Origin: Amphiscolops sp. MND2022
Lineage: Eukaryota
Length of the DNA: 64,000 nucleotides
Assembly: GCA_964187785.1 (NCBI GenBank)
Contig: OZ076409.1
Coordinates: 51,586,001 to 51,650,000 of the forward strand
Direction of reading: 5' to 3'
Shown: positions 50,293 through 62,700 of the stretch, in pieces
Layout of the letters: every line of letters starts with the position of its first letter
Position numbering within the stretch: the first letter of the stretch is position 1
Translations under genes and position numbers: made by a program
The notes under the pieces: model-generated
The model's input: the letters and a program-made list of their open reading frames with translations, nothing else
Databases searched by the model: none
Told to the model about the DNA's origin: nothing

Positions 50293-53200
50293 ATGTTCTC
50301 AACAAGGAGCAAGAAACCAAAAGCTAGGGGATCAAAAGAAGCTGACATAATGTCAGATCTAGAAAACATGGACGTCTTGATAAGGAGAGGTGAGTAGAAT
50401 CAAAATGAACGAGAATTAGATCAAATGACTGATTTTAGACAAGGATTTATATTGACGGTACCGGTTCGATAAGAGGAAAATCATTCCAGGAAAATGAGAT
50501 TACAAACATGTCGGTCAATGAACAGAATTTAGACTTTTCGAGAAACATGGATACTTTTTTGACAAGAGAAATGAACTTGAGGATCTCCCAAGAGATGAAT
50601 AGTTTGATAAATGTGAATTCACAAATTGAGAGTGCAATTAGTACTGCAACATATGAAAGAATTCTCCCTATGATGCAGAATGTTGTTGAGTCCACGTTAG
50701 CAAGGCAGTTGCGAAATGTCCCCGGATTGTCCAGGAGACCTCATATTTCAGTTCAGAGAGTGACCCTTAATGAAGATAATGTAACAGATAGGAACTTTCG
50801 TTCTCACCGAAATTTGTTGGAACCTGAGGAGGACTGTCCTCACATGGTGACTGGAGCCTTCGAATTACAAACATCAGTTCCTGAATTTTCAACTGGTCTA
50901 CACACAACCACCAGTCAACCGACAAACAGATCCTGAACTTACACCAGCAGCATCAAGACCCAATAAACAGACTAGCTGTTGTCCTGGTCAGTCTCCAAAA
51001 CAAACTTCAAAATCAATCTCTCACCATCAGGATCGTCAATACTACAACTAGGACATTTGATGGCAAAAGTGAAAAGTTCGAACGGTTTGAGGACCTATTT
51101 CACACAATGATAAAAAGGCAACCTGAAATGACGAAGCAAATGAAAATTACACATTTTCACTCATTGCTAAGGAAAAATGCCCCCAGACGTTCCGCAACAT
51201 CAATTCAACAAACAGACAACCACTCAAAGATGTCTTGGTAATATTTAGGCGTAAAAAATCAAGCCAGAATTTCAGGCAAACGCCAAGCATAAATGGCACC
51301 GCCTTAACATTCGATCCGAATACATTGAAACTACCAGACTTTCTCGAGGGACTCAATCAAGGTGCGGAGAAGGCGTTTGGATAAAACGCAAAAAGCATGA
51401 TAGAGACCTGCTGTATGCTAAACTCCATCCCAAACTCAAGAGGTTTGTCAAAATGGCGAGATTAGAAAATGGATCATACGAGGAAATCGTGGCTCATTTG
51501 GAAAGAGAACTTGAACTTAACGCATTAGAAGAAACCATCTCTGAGCCGGAATTGACCCGAAAACAAGTTGTACGTATTGCAAGGAAGTTGGACACAACTA
51601 CAAAGCTTGTCCTAATCTGAAAACTAAAAAAGAACGAGAAGCAGAGGAAGTCCAGAAACCTAAAATGGTATACCTCACGTGCCCCACTTGCGACAAAACA
51701 AATCACCCGGCAGAACGCTGTTGGAAAGGAAAGGAGCAACCGCGTACCACAAACCTCAAAAGAATAAAACTGAAGACAAGTCAAGTGAAAATACCAAAGT
51801 GAAGATACCGAAACAATAATTCGCCCACTGACAACCAGCCCTCGACATCTAAACCACCCACCTGAATTTGTAAAAACCCCAATCCAAAGAAGTCTTTCCG
51901 CCACGATCAAATTCCACCCGTTGGAAAAGAGTAGACACTTTGGCATATCAGATCCTCCGTCGGTAATATACAAAGAATACCAAAAGTACACTGTCGGAAC
52001 ACCAATTGTTGTCTGGCAGCAACAGATGGAAATTGCTTGCACCCAAACACGAAATTTAATTTAAAAAACTAATAACCTACGACCTGAATGGGAACAAGAC
52101 TTCACTACTGACTTTTCGACGAAATTCCGACCCCTTCCCTTCATCGAAGATTATGACCCTTATTACCTATTCCCCGACTACAATCGCGATCCTTATTGGG
52201 ATGATGAACTATAAGATCAACAACACCTCAACTTTCACCATCAAGTGTCACGTCAAGAGGACATAAATGAGACAGATGAACTCATAGATGAGCAATGCAA
52301 ACTAATAAAAGCATTCATACACCTAAGGAAATCTAACAAACGTTTCGAGATAGAATCAGCACTAGTACAAAATCGAAACACACTGATTAACCAAAACGAA
52401 GAACCATTTTCACCAATGTCCTCATAACGACTGAGGATGGTGCAGCCTATGTCCCCTTGTCAACAAATTTGGGCCTCAAATACAATGCTTTTCCATCACA
52501 TTGATTTCGGAGAACTTGCCATTGATGGAATTGTTGATACAGGAGCTCTCACCAGCGCTATACCAGAAGCGGACTTGCGAAAGATTAGACTACTCACACC
52601 CCAATATATCAATTAGGAAGGTCCCCCGCCAAACTTCCAGATTACGGAAGCAAACGGACAACTGGAGACGCCAAAGAGCACTGTAGAACTCAAATTCATT
52701 CGAAGTCGGGGACATTGCTTTTAACGAGATTTTTATAGTCATGAAAAACCTAACGGGACCAATAACAGTCCTCATTTCCTTCAACGGAACCATACAGTCC
52801 TAGAGACAGAGAATAATGAATTTCCCATACTTTTCCATGCAACTAAAAACTGCTGACCATAAATACTCAAACTTCATGGAACCATTTCACAACCCATCTG
52901 ACATTACAATTCCACCAAATGACAAGACAGTAATCCACACCCATACTCCGATCAACTCTGAACACAATGTAACTGGAATACTACAGCCGAGCGATAACCT
53001 ACATGAAGAAAGTGATATAACAATTTGCCCAAGGATAGTAAACTTAGCCCGGGGAAAAACAAGTATACACATCACCATCTTCACAGACCAACCATTCTGT
53101 CTGAAGAAAGGACTGCACATTGCAAATTTTTTGGTATAAAACCCCGGAAGAACTTAAAACTATCCAACCGGTGCACCCCGTGTGAACACGGCACTAAAAA

Positions 53201-56200
53201 TATCCAACCGGTGCACCCCGTGTGAACACGGCACTTACTACAAGAGGATCAGGACAGTGCGGTACAGTATGTCAGTAGCCTACTAAAATTCATAGAAACA
53301 ATGAAGAATTGGATCAAAACTGGTTCCCAACTCCAGAAATCCCAGGAGAAGAAGCGTCTCACATTCCAATCCAAAAACGTATACTCTCGGAGCTCCGAGC
53401 CTTACAGAAGCTAAAACAATTGAACCCTGTAGATGATCGAAAGTCGAGGCAACAATTCTTGAGTAACTTTCACTGGAAAGATTCCATGCCTAACCAACAA
53501 GAAATAGCAAACATCGAGGAACTATTGGTTGAATTCCACAATATTTTTGCAAGACACCGTTTCGACATTGAAATGACTGAGTAGTTTACCATCAAATTGA
53601 CACCAAAGGATCACTCTCTAGCTTACAATCGAAGCCTCCCAACCCCAGTAAAATTAAAAGACGACATCCTTGTGGAAATAGTGCTACTGCACAAATATGG
53701 TATCATAACTACTTTACCATTCTCAAAATACGCTAGCCCAATTTTTGCTCCTGAGAAAGCAAACGGCAATATACGCCTCATCGTAGATCTAGCGAAAATA
53801 AACAACCTATTTTCAGACGATTATGTAAACAACAACCATCTAGTGAGCAGGCTAACAGCTGCACCCCAGCTTATGGCTGGCAAGAAACTCTTTTTGCAAT
53901 TTCGATTGCTCACAAGCGTACCACTGCCTCCAGATGGTTGACCAACAATCAATCGAACTACTAGCGTTTAACTTTGCCAGCAGAACATTCGCGTACAGAA
54001 GATTGGCACAAGGACTCAGTAGAGCCCTATCAGCATTCTCCAGTTTCATGAGAGAATACTTAGATAAGGCTATAAAGGCCAATCAATGTGTACAATATTT
54101 GGATAACATTGGCATAGCAGCCAATGATGCAGAAGAACTCACTCAAAATTCCAGAGATACATTCAAATGCATTCGGAGAGGAGGAGTAAAACTAAAAATG
54201 CACAAATGCCACTTCGAAGCCACCAAAATCATTTTTTTTGGAAGAAGCATTACACCTCTGGATTTAAACCACAAATAGAAAATGTCCAAAATTTTCTGGA
54301 GAAAACAAAATCCAAAATTCCCAAATCCAAGAAAGCACTAGAGCGATAGCTGGGATTCCTCAATTACTACCGTGACTACACTCCCAGGCTATCAGAGAAG
54401 TTAGCGCCCTCCCTTCTTCCAGTTACTGAAGAGTTATGAAAAGATACTGGTCACTCAAGAACTAGTACAGCAATTCAATACAATTAACAAAGACCTAGAT
54501 AGATGCTGTCATTTTGCGTTGAGACAAGCATTACCCAATAAACAATTAGCAATAACGACAGATGCTATTTTTACAGCTGCGCCTTACGCACTGCTTACAG
54601 AGGTTGATCACGAGCAAAGATATACATGACTACGGAACGTATATGCTCCAATTGCATTGGCTCAAAAACCTTCACTCTCTCACAACTGAAAATGTCAATT
54701 TATGGAAAGAAATTCCGGGCCGTTCACGGAATTCAGACACATATGTTGGAGAAAACCTAAACCAATCATCTTACTAACAGACAACAAGGCGGTTACCCGT
54801 TTCTTTCATACGAAAATAATCCCAGCGCCACAATGGAACGCATGTGACTACGTAATCCAGTTTAACATCACAATAGCCCACATACCAGGAGAAAATAACT
54901 CAACAGCGGACTACCTATGGCGACTAGAAATGCAGCCAAATGACAAACTGGTCCTCAGGATCCAAGAAGACATCACAACAAAACCAATTCAGGTCAACAT
55001 CCAGTCCGCGGGAGTTGCTCAAGAAGAACAAATGTTTTTCACAGAATATGATGACGAAACTGAACAACAAATGTGGGAATGCAAACAATGCGCCAGAGAA
55101 TGCCCTACAATAAAAGAACCCACTATTACAATCGAAACAATGTCTACTAATACTGTCACGACAGACACAACGATAAACGCACGACTTTGCAAAACGAACC
55201 AGATTGTTGCTGAACAGACAAAATACCCAACCTTGGTACGATTTTTGGTATAAAAACTATATAAACAACATCGAACGTATTGTACTGCGGGAAGACAGTC
55301 TCACAAGACAAATTTGCGATGAAACTGGACAAATAAAATACTACCAAATTCTCCTAGCACAACAGTTGGTGACTATTCTAACGAAATCCCTTCACGGAAC
55401 AAACCATAAACACTCGGGAATAGCAAAAAAACTTCACGAAATCAGACGAAAGTACCATTACCCAGTTAGTCAAAAAATGGGTACAAGGTTGTGAAACGTG
55501 TGCTAAGGACAAAAGGACACCAATTGCAACTACCGTTGAACTGATCAATCTACCGGAATGGGACTTAGGTCCAGAAGATGCAATGCAAATAGACCTCGTA
55601 CCGAATATACCACCCAGTGGAGGATATAATTGTGTCTTAACGGCATTAGATGTAATTTCTAGATACCTTTTCGCCTACCCTTTAGTTGAAGCAACAGTGA
55701 CATCAGTAGCCAAAGTATCAAGTGACATCATGACTAAACACTCATATTTGCCTACAACACTGCTGACAGACAAAAGATCAGTATGTATCTCAATATTCAA
55801 TGAGAAAATAAACAAAATACTAGAAATAACACTTAAATGTGCCACAATGAAACACCCACAGACAATAGGCAAGATAGAACGGACTCATGTTTCTCTAAAA
55901 ATGAATATCAAAATGGCGTCGGGCGAATACAGGCGTCAAGGGCATAAATATTTACCACTGGCAGTACTCAACTATAACAACACATATCATACCAGTATTG
56001 GGTGCGAACAGACACCGGTATTCAATTTAACATTTTAAAACATCGATTGGGAATGAATCGCAATGAAAAAATACCTTTTCCTCCTCTGATTTCGCGCAGA
56101 TTTCGCAGAAGAACAACAAAAAAAGACGGAACTTTTACATGACCAGACCAAACGCAAAATAATGCAATCGTACCTAGATTATAAGGACTACTACGACCGC

Positions 56201-57003
56201 AAAACGAAAGCTGAACCGATGAAGGAGAATGACTTCTGTTTTTCCCTACAGCCTAAAGCAGACCACCAAGACACTAAAAATTCATTCCGTGATTATAGGT
56301 GGGGAGGCCCATACATTGTCCAAAAGGCTTCACCAAATAATAATTACTTCGTTCGGAAAATAAAAACAAACAAGGCACAAATTTTACATCGAATACGGCT
56401 GGAAAACTTCGTTCCAAATAAACCATTGACTGACACTTACCGCAATGAGGAACTACAACCAGATGAGGATACAAAAATCCCACAAGATGATCTGTACACC
56501 CTAACATGGGAAGCGGACTTTGGAAAATCGATATCTGAATTAGCAGACAATACGTCTACAAACGTATCCGCAAGACCGCAACACAGCGATTCGGAGTCAA
56601 GTGGCGAGACTATTACCACTCGTGTACAAGCAGAACAGATAAACCAAGTTGTAATGACGTCACTGACGAGTCCACACACCGTGACACGATAAACAATGAT
56701 GATGTGACCGTACGCGCTATTGAGAATAGTCAGAATCAACGTGTCCCGGATTTGTACATTCAGCGTCACGGAAATTGCGCTGACGATTCACTTGAAGTAT
56801 TGAATCAAAACAAAGATACAAATCTTGAATCAGATCTAAACGACGCAAATGAATCATTACCCGGGGGAGATATTACCGTGCCCGGAAAATCGACACCTAA
56901 TGATGGAAAAAAGATTGAGAACGCTAGTCCCAGAGGAGGAAAATATTATCTTCGACCTACCCCCAACTATACTGAAAAATATAGATACAAGACAGAAAAG
57001 TAA
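50293..57003 (+). mobile_element. Decayed Ty3/Gypsy gag-pol (gag CCHC, PR, RT, RNase H, IN)
   Basis: CPTCDKTNHPAERCW knuckle (~51620), GIVDTGA protease (~52530), YASPIF..RLIVD and QGLS..YLDN RT, TDA/TDNKA/HIPG..ADYL RNase H, HHCC and QIDL..TD..GKIERTH integrase, WGGPY; PR-RT-RH-IN order. Confidence 0.93.
53156..53235. repeat. 40-bp tandem duplication in pol
   Basis: TATCCAACCGGTGCACCCCGTGTGAACACGGCACT present twice. Confidence 0.9.
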
Positions 57004-57167
57004 ATTGATTGCCCCTCTTCATCTCATATTTTTAAGTGACTGAACTGTTCCTTTTGGAAACCCTGATACACAGAACTAAATCGAACCAAAATAAACAGAC
57101 AGACCTGACCACTCAAAACATAGAAACTAAATAAAATTCACAAGAACAAAGTAAAAAACAAATAACA

Positions 57168-59755
57168 TCAATCATTAAGTACATAATACAAGAATATAAA
57201 GAGCGCAATTTGTCTTTGGATGGACCCTGGCGCAATCAACTGACACTTCGAGCAATATGAGGCTTGCTGACACTCCCAAAACACTAGCTGGTTCCAACAC
57301 GTTGAGTGGGTCGGAGTGGTGACACATCTGAAGTAGTATACCCTCGAGGGGCCGAACTCTAGTTTGACGCGGACTGTTTCGCTCCTCGACCAATCGTTGT
57401 GGCTAGTGCATAAGTTTTTGTGGTTCTTACCCCGCACAAAGTAGTCAACGCTTCGACAGGGGTCGTAAGAGCGATCCAAACCAGTCTCACTAAAATCAAT
57501 ACTCAGCGTAAATAAATCGTCCAGAGCGCCGTCAGAGATGTACACCGGAACTGCCTGGGGTAATTTGGCAAGGAACGACTGCACGTGTAAAATACCATCA
57601 ATAGATCGACAACTCAGGTTGGCAGTGCTGATACTCCCGAAACTCACTGTCGGCAAGGTAGGCGGTTTGTCAGTAAGACACAAGCAGCTGAGTCGAAACA
57701 AATGATTGATGTGCTCCGCTCCTTGAGAGCATGTAGAATAGACAAGAAATCAACCACATCATGAAAGGCGCCTGGACTGGAGGACAGGGACGCTCTGGTA
57801 TCACGTAGGTGGGTCAAGACACTGATGTACTTATCTCTGCACACCTGTTCATTGTTAACCTGGACCCAACTTCGTAACTTGAACCCTCGGTACAGATCAC
57901 TGAAACACCGGGTCGCAAGTTCAAGCGGCATCTCGCACATCACATACGCGTCAAAAGAAGCCATAACACGTACGTTGTTGTTTGTCATGGTGACGTGCTT
58001 CCAGACTCCCTAAATCAGGAAAAAATAATAACGTCTGGCCAAATTACAAAAGTCGGAATTTAGCCCTTTGACAAGGGTTTCTACTCGCTCCCGATCCAAT
58101 TTCCTTTCACTCAACTAACTAGTTGCCTTTTTTTCATCGCTTGCTCCGTCTTGTTATATAATATGAGTCAGTGCAGAAAACCGTCAGGTAGGAGGGCTTC
58201 TTGGCCCCCATTGTGTAATGACAGGAATCCTACTCAATCAGCGTCAGCTGGGACGCAACGGTCAATTAGACATCGGACACACAGCTTGTAAATGAAGCGC
58301 GTGACCTCGCCAAAAACAAAGAAACGGGCATCTTGTGAGTTCTTTAGTGAACGGTCGAAGTAAGTAATGACTGAAATACGGCACATATAACATTCAAACC
58401 CAACCACGATAAAACACCATTAGAACTACCTGCAGTCATGAACAATCCGAGAAAAGAGCTCGAAGCACAAAGTGAATAAGTGATCCGAGATAATCATCCA
58501 TTCTAGACTTTGTGGCTATAACAGAAAGATGGCAACTTGTCAATTCTGAATGACAGTATAATAGACTACTAGAGCAAGCCGATCCAAGTGAATGTCTAAC
58601 CTTGGTTCTGATTCTGCGCATTTCCTGATGTCTTCTGTGTTTGCGAAGGGAATCGGTAACCTCAGTCCAGTGAGACGACAGGTCGTGACAAACATGTGGG
58701 AGAGCAAGCAGATCAAATTTGCAGTCAATGATGGCCTGAAATAACAGTGATGTGTTTCTTGGACAAAACAGGGGGACAAATACACCTGATCCATCTACTG
58801 ATTGGATAAAATTGCATAGGCAGCCGGGACAGGCGACAAGTTGCGGCTTGGTGGCCACAGCTGAGAGGATACGTGGTAGGTGGTAGCACCCCAATTTCTC
58901 CTTCAAGAGGGGGACTTTGAAGTCCATACCGACAGATGGAGACCTTCACGAGACTGTCGCTTTTTCAGAAGCGCACGTAGGCATACTTGAAACGACCTCA
59001 TTTCTCAATCTCCAGAGCAAACTGCCCAGTTGTCAACAGCTGTTGGCTGAGGTCTTTCAGCAAGCACACGAAGAAGTGGTGGAAGATAACCTAAAGATCA
59101 CAGAGTTAGGATACTTGGTAAGACTGACACATTGGGACATACAGGCGGTACAATGGCAACACCAATAAAAGTACTGAAGCCTAACTCTAACTGCAAAAAC
59201 AAATTAGATACAAACGACAACTACTCAGACACTTACAGTCATGCGCTCTTCGCTCCAGTCAAAAGCAGCAAATAAACTATGATGATTGGTGAATGTCCCA
59301 ACGTTCGTCCAAATGCTTCGAAGAAATGCAACGTCACCTCCTCGCTTAAATCAAACATAACTTGGAGTAATTCCGACTACTGTTAGGTGTGACACTATAT
59401 CTAGAAGCTTTGAAATCTTCATAAAATGGGAGTTTGTCCCCTATTTCTAACAGATCTTCATCGATGAACTTGGGTATATCAAGCTCCAGTTTAGGTTTCT
59501 CCAGGAGGTTTTCTTTATTGTCCCGTTCATTATGTGTAACTTTTCCACTTATGAGATCAGTCCGGCTGAGGTGTATGTACGTCCATTTATGGTCCCTCCT
59601 GAAAAACTCTCGCAAGGCATAGTCTCGCTTAACTTCCGCGGCTTCATTTCCATAGATAGACACATTCCTCTGGCAGAAATGACAAAAGAACCAGTGAGGA
59701 CTCTCCAATGGGAGAACCAACACTCCGTGACAAACACTCGAGACCACTCAATTTT
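57168..59755 (-). pseudogene. Spliced hAT-transposase-like gene antisense to Gypsy pol (5' end cut by LINE insertion)
   Basis: CxxC zinc finger FFCHFCQRNVSI..EVKR; FDWSEERMT|VIFHH; GQFALEIE..YAYVRF; introns 59236-59091 and 58429-58371; scattered stops and frameshifts. Confidence 0.6.
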
Positions 59756-62700
59756 AAGAAGAAGAAGAAAAAGATTTAATTAATTTGATGCCCGAAGGCG
59801 TACAAATTACAGATTTAACTAAACTTGATTATCACCTGTTATGGAAGCACTAGGGTTGCAGATAATTCTGCACAAAACAGAAAGTTTACTCAAGTTCTCA
59901 ATTTTTACGGTATTCATCAGCTGGTCTAGTTTTATCAAATTCGGGTAGTAAGAAAAATATTGCGGCAGGATTCTTTCACGGTCAGGTCGGGAAAATTTAC
60001 AGACTAGCAGTAGGTGGTTTTCGTCGGCTTTACAATTTTCTCGACAGAACGGACATGTATTGCTTTCGTTCCCTAGGATCTTGTCTTTTACCGTTGGTAT
60101 AGTTATAGGTGCACACCTGAAATGGGTCAGCCCTATCCTTTCTTTAAAATTCAGTTCGCGAATATACAATTCTAATTCGGCCTTTCGTTTGTATATACTG
60201 TAACATTCACATATGGGCGTTGTGCGCATCATTGTTTGCCAGGATTGTTTAGCAAGATCCTCACAGTATCGTTTGATATAATTTGTGAACTCATTGTCGT
60301 TAACGTAGTTGACGTAATTCTCAATAGTTGGTATGCGGCAATTCATCAGTATGTTTTTTACGCCTTGCAGCCACTTATTTTCATAGTTACTTAAGTTTAA
60401 CCATTTGAACATCAAATCAGGAAGTTTCTGACTGTTCGTGGTAACTTTTTTCCAGTAGAATGCCATTCTTTGCCAGATTGAGAACTTCATCTCTGTTTGT
60501 CCTAATTCACCGTAAATCATTGCTTTAGGGACACCTTTCCTAATTCTTAATATCTTTCTCAAAAAATTTTGGTGGAAAACTTCAATTTGTTTGACATTTT
60601 CATATCCCCACACCTCACAGTCGTATAATAAAATAGGCTTGATCAATGCATCGATGTAGTTGTGTTTCTACGTCTAATTCAATTTTACCCAGAATAGACT
60701 GCTAGTTTATGTAATGCCTTTTTAGCTTTATCCACATTGTTTTTTATGGTTGTCTGAAAAGTGTTATTGAACTTGACAACAATTCCCAAATACAGAAAGG
60801 TATCAGCACGTTCAATTGGTGTGCCATACACAAAGACATCAGAATACTTTCTAATCTTCCCACGTGAACATATCATACATTTTGTCTTGGAAACATTAAC
60901 TCCCATATTGTTTTCCATACAGTATTCTGCTGTAGCGTCGAGTGCTTTTTGCATATCATGTTCACTTTCGCATATAAGCACGGTATCATCTGCATACAGG
61001 AGAGCGTACATCTTTAACCATAATTCGAGATCTGTATTTATACTCGTTTCTGACTGCAGTTCGATTTCTGAAAACTTGTGACTGATAATATTTTTGAAAT
61101 CGTTGATGTAAATCATAAACAGAAGAGGTGACAATGTGTCTCCTTGTCGTACACCCATTCGACAGTTGAAAACGTCTGATAGCTCTCCATTGACTCTAAC
61201 ACATGCTTTAGTTTTTTGATATAGGTTTCTTATTACTTCTAACACTCTTCCATTTATGTTAACCGATTGCATTTTTTTCCATAATAGGCCGTGGTCAACA
61301 CGATCAAATGCTTTCTCGTAATCAATGAAAGTCAGAAACAACTTTTTCTTTCTGGCCAGGTAGAGTGAAATCAGTGATGTCAAAACAAAAACTTGGTCGG
61401 TACAGCCCGAGTTTTTTCTAAATCCCGCTTGCTCACTGCCTAGCACATTCCTTTTTTCTAAATCATTTTGTATCCTTTCAGTGAGAAGCGCTGTAAAAAG
61501 TTTACATAGGCAGCGCGAAAGCGAGATCCCCCTGTAGTTGTTTGGATCATTTCTATTACCTTTTTTGAAAAGGGGTTGGTAGATAGAGATAGCCCAGTCG
61601 TCAGGTACTTCGGTCGTTCCTATTTTTCGATTGAAGATTTTAGTTATTACTTTTATTAGGGAATCAGGAATATACTTGATAAACTCCGGATAAATGTTAT
61701 CAAGACCAGCTGATTTACCGTTCTTAGTTTTTTTTATACATTAGTAACCTCATTTTCTGTGAAGGCTTCGTTCAATTCATCATTTACATTTATGTCTGAA
61801 CAACAGGTTTGAGAGCAAACATTCGGGGAATTGAGATTTTTAAAATGATTATACGTTTGTTATTTCAATAGGTATTCTTTTGTCGTTACTATCCAGTTTC
61901 TTGAAAAAACTCCAGTAGCTTTTAGGGCTTTCAGTCTTTTTCCTTCGCAAATTCGAATTTGTATCAACGATCCATTTTCTCTTTTTCTGCCTAAGGAAAT
62001 ACTTATATCTTCTGAATGCTGCTTTTCTTTCACTTTTATTGTTCCATTTGTTAGCCCAGCGTAATCTCTTTCGGAATATAGAGCGTTTCGATTGACAGTC
62101 TCTATCGAACCACCCGTTATTAGACGTAAAAGTAGTTTTTCCCTTACTTTCCCTCAAGGCACCTGCTCTACTTGCACTCTCGCATATAAGTTTCCTCATA
62201 GTACTGTTGAATTCATTCAGAGTATTCGGGGTATTAACTTCATTATCTACCAATATTTCAAGTGCGGTCAAATTTTTTTGTTAATTTCCTGATAGAACTT
62301 TCTTGCGTTTGCTTATTCCATCTCCGCGTCTTCTGGTTCATTTCATAAATCTCTACCGGAACGTATTTTAGATTTTTGAGTTCCATAGCAACGGGGCAGT
62401 GAACATCGGACAGACATGGATCGAATTCAAGTACTGATAGCTTACTGACATCGTCGAAACCATCGTAATCAATGACGAAATAGTCTATTACACGTTCCCC
62501 ATTATGCGTTATGCAGTTGTGATCGCCTGAGTTCCGAATATTTAGCCTTCCATTTACCAGCACCATTTCTGCGGTTTTACATAGATCGATCAGTAGCCTA
62601 CCGTTCGTATTAACTTTTAAATCCCCATTTAATCTTGGTGGCTTTTGTTCATCTTCGTCATAGATATCAATATAATCAATCAAATTGCCGGTGCGGGCAT

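Noticed and set aside
51860..51940. gag-pol -1 frameshift site
   Set aside because: Only TAAAAAC remains and the region is too decayed to fix frames.
51494..52042. 182-aa antisense ORF over gag
   Set aside because: Shadow frame of the A/C-rich gag strand; no motifs or splice signals.
52816..53139. dUTPase in Gypsy pol
   Set aside because: Beta-rich post-protease segment, but the conserved dUTPase motifs are not recognisable.
57168..59755. Retroviral env gene
   Set aside because: Antisense to pol and lacks a signal peptide, furin site and C-terminal TM anchor.
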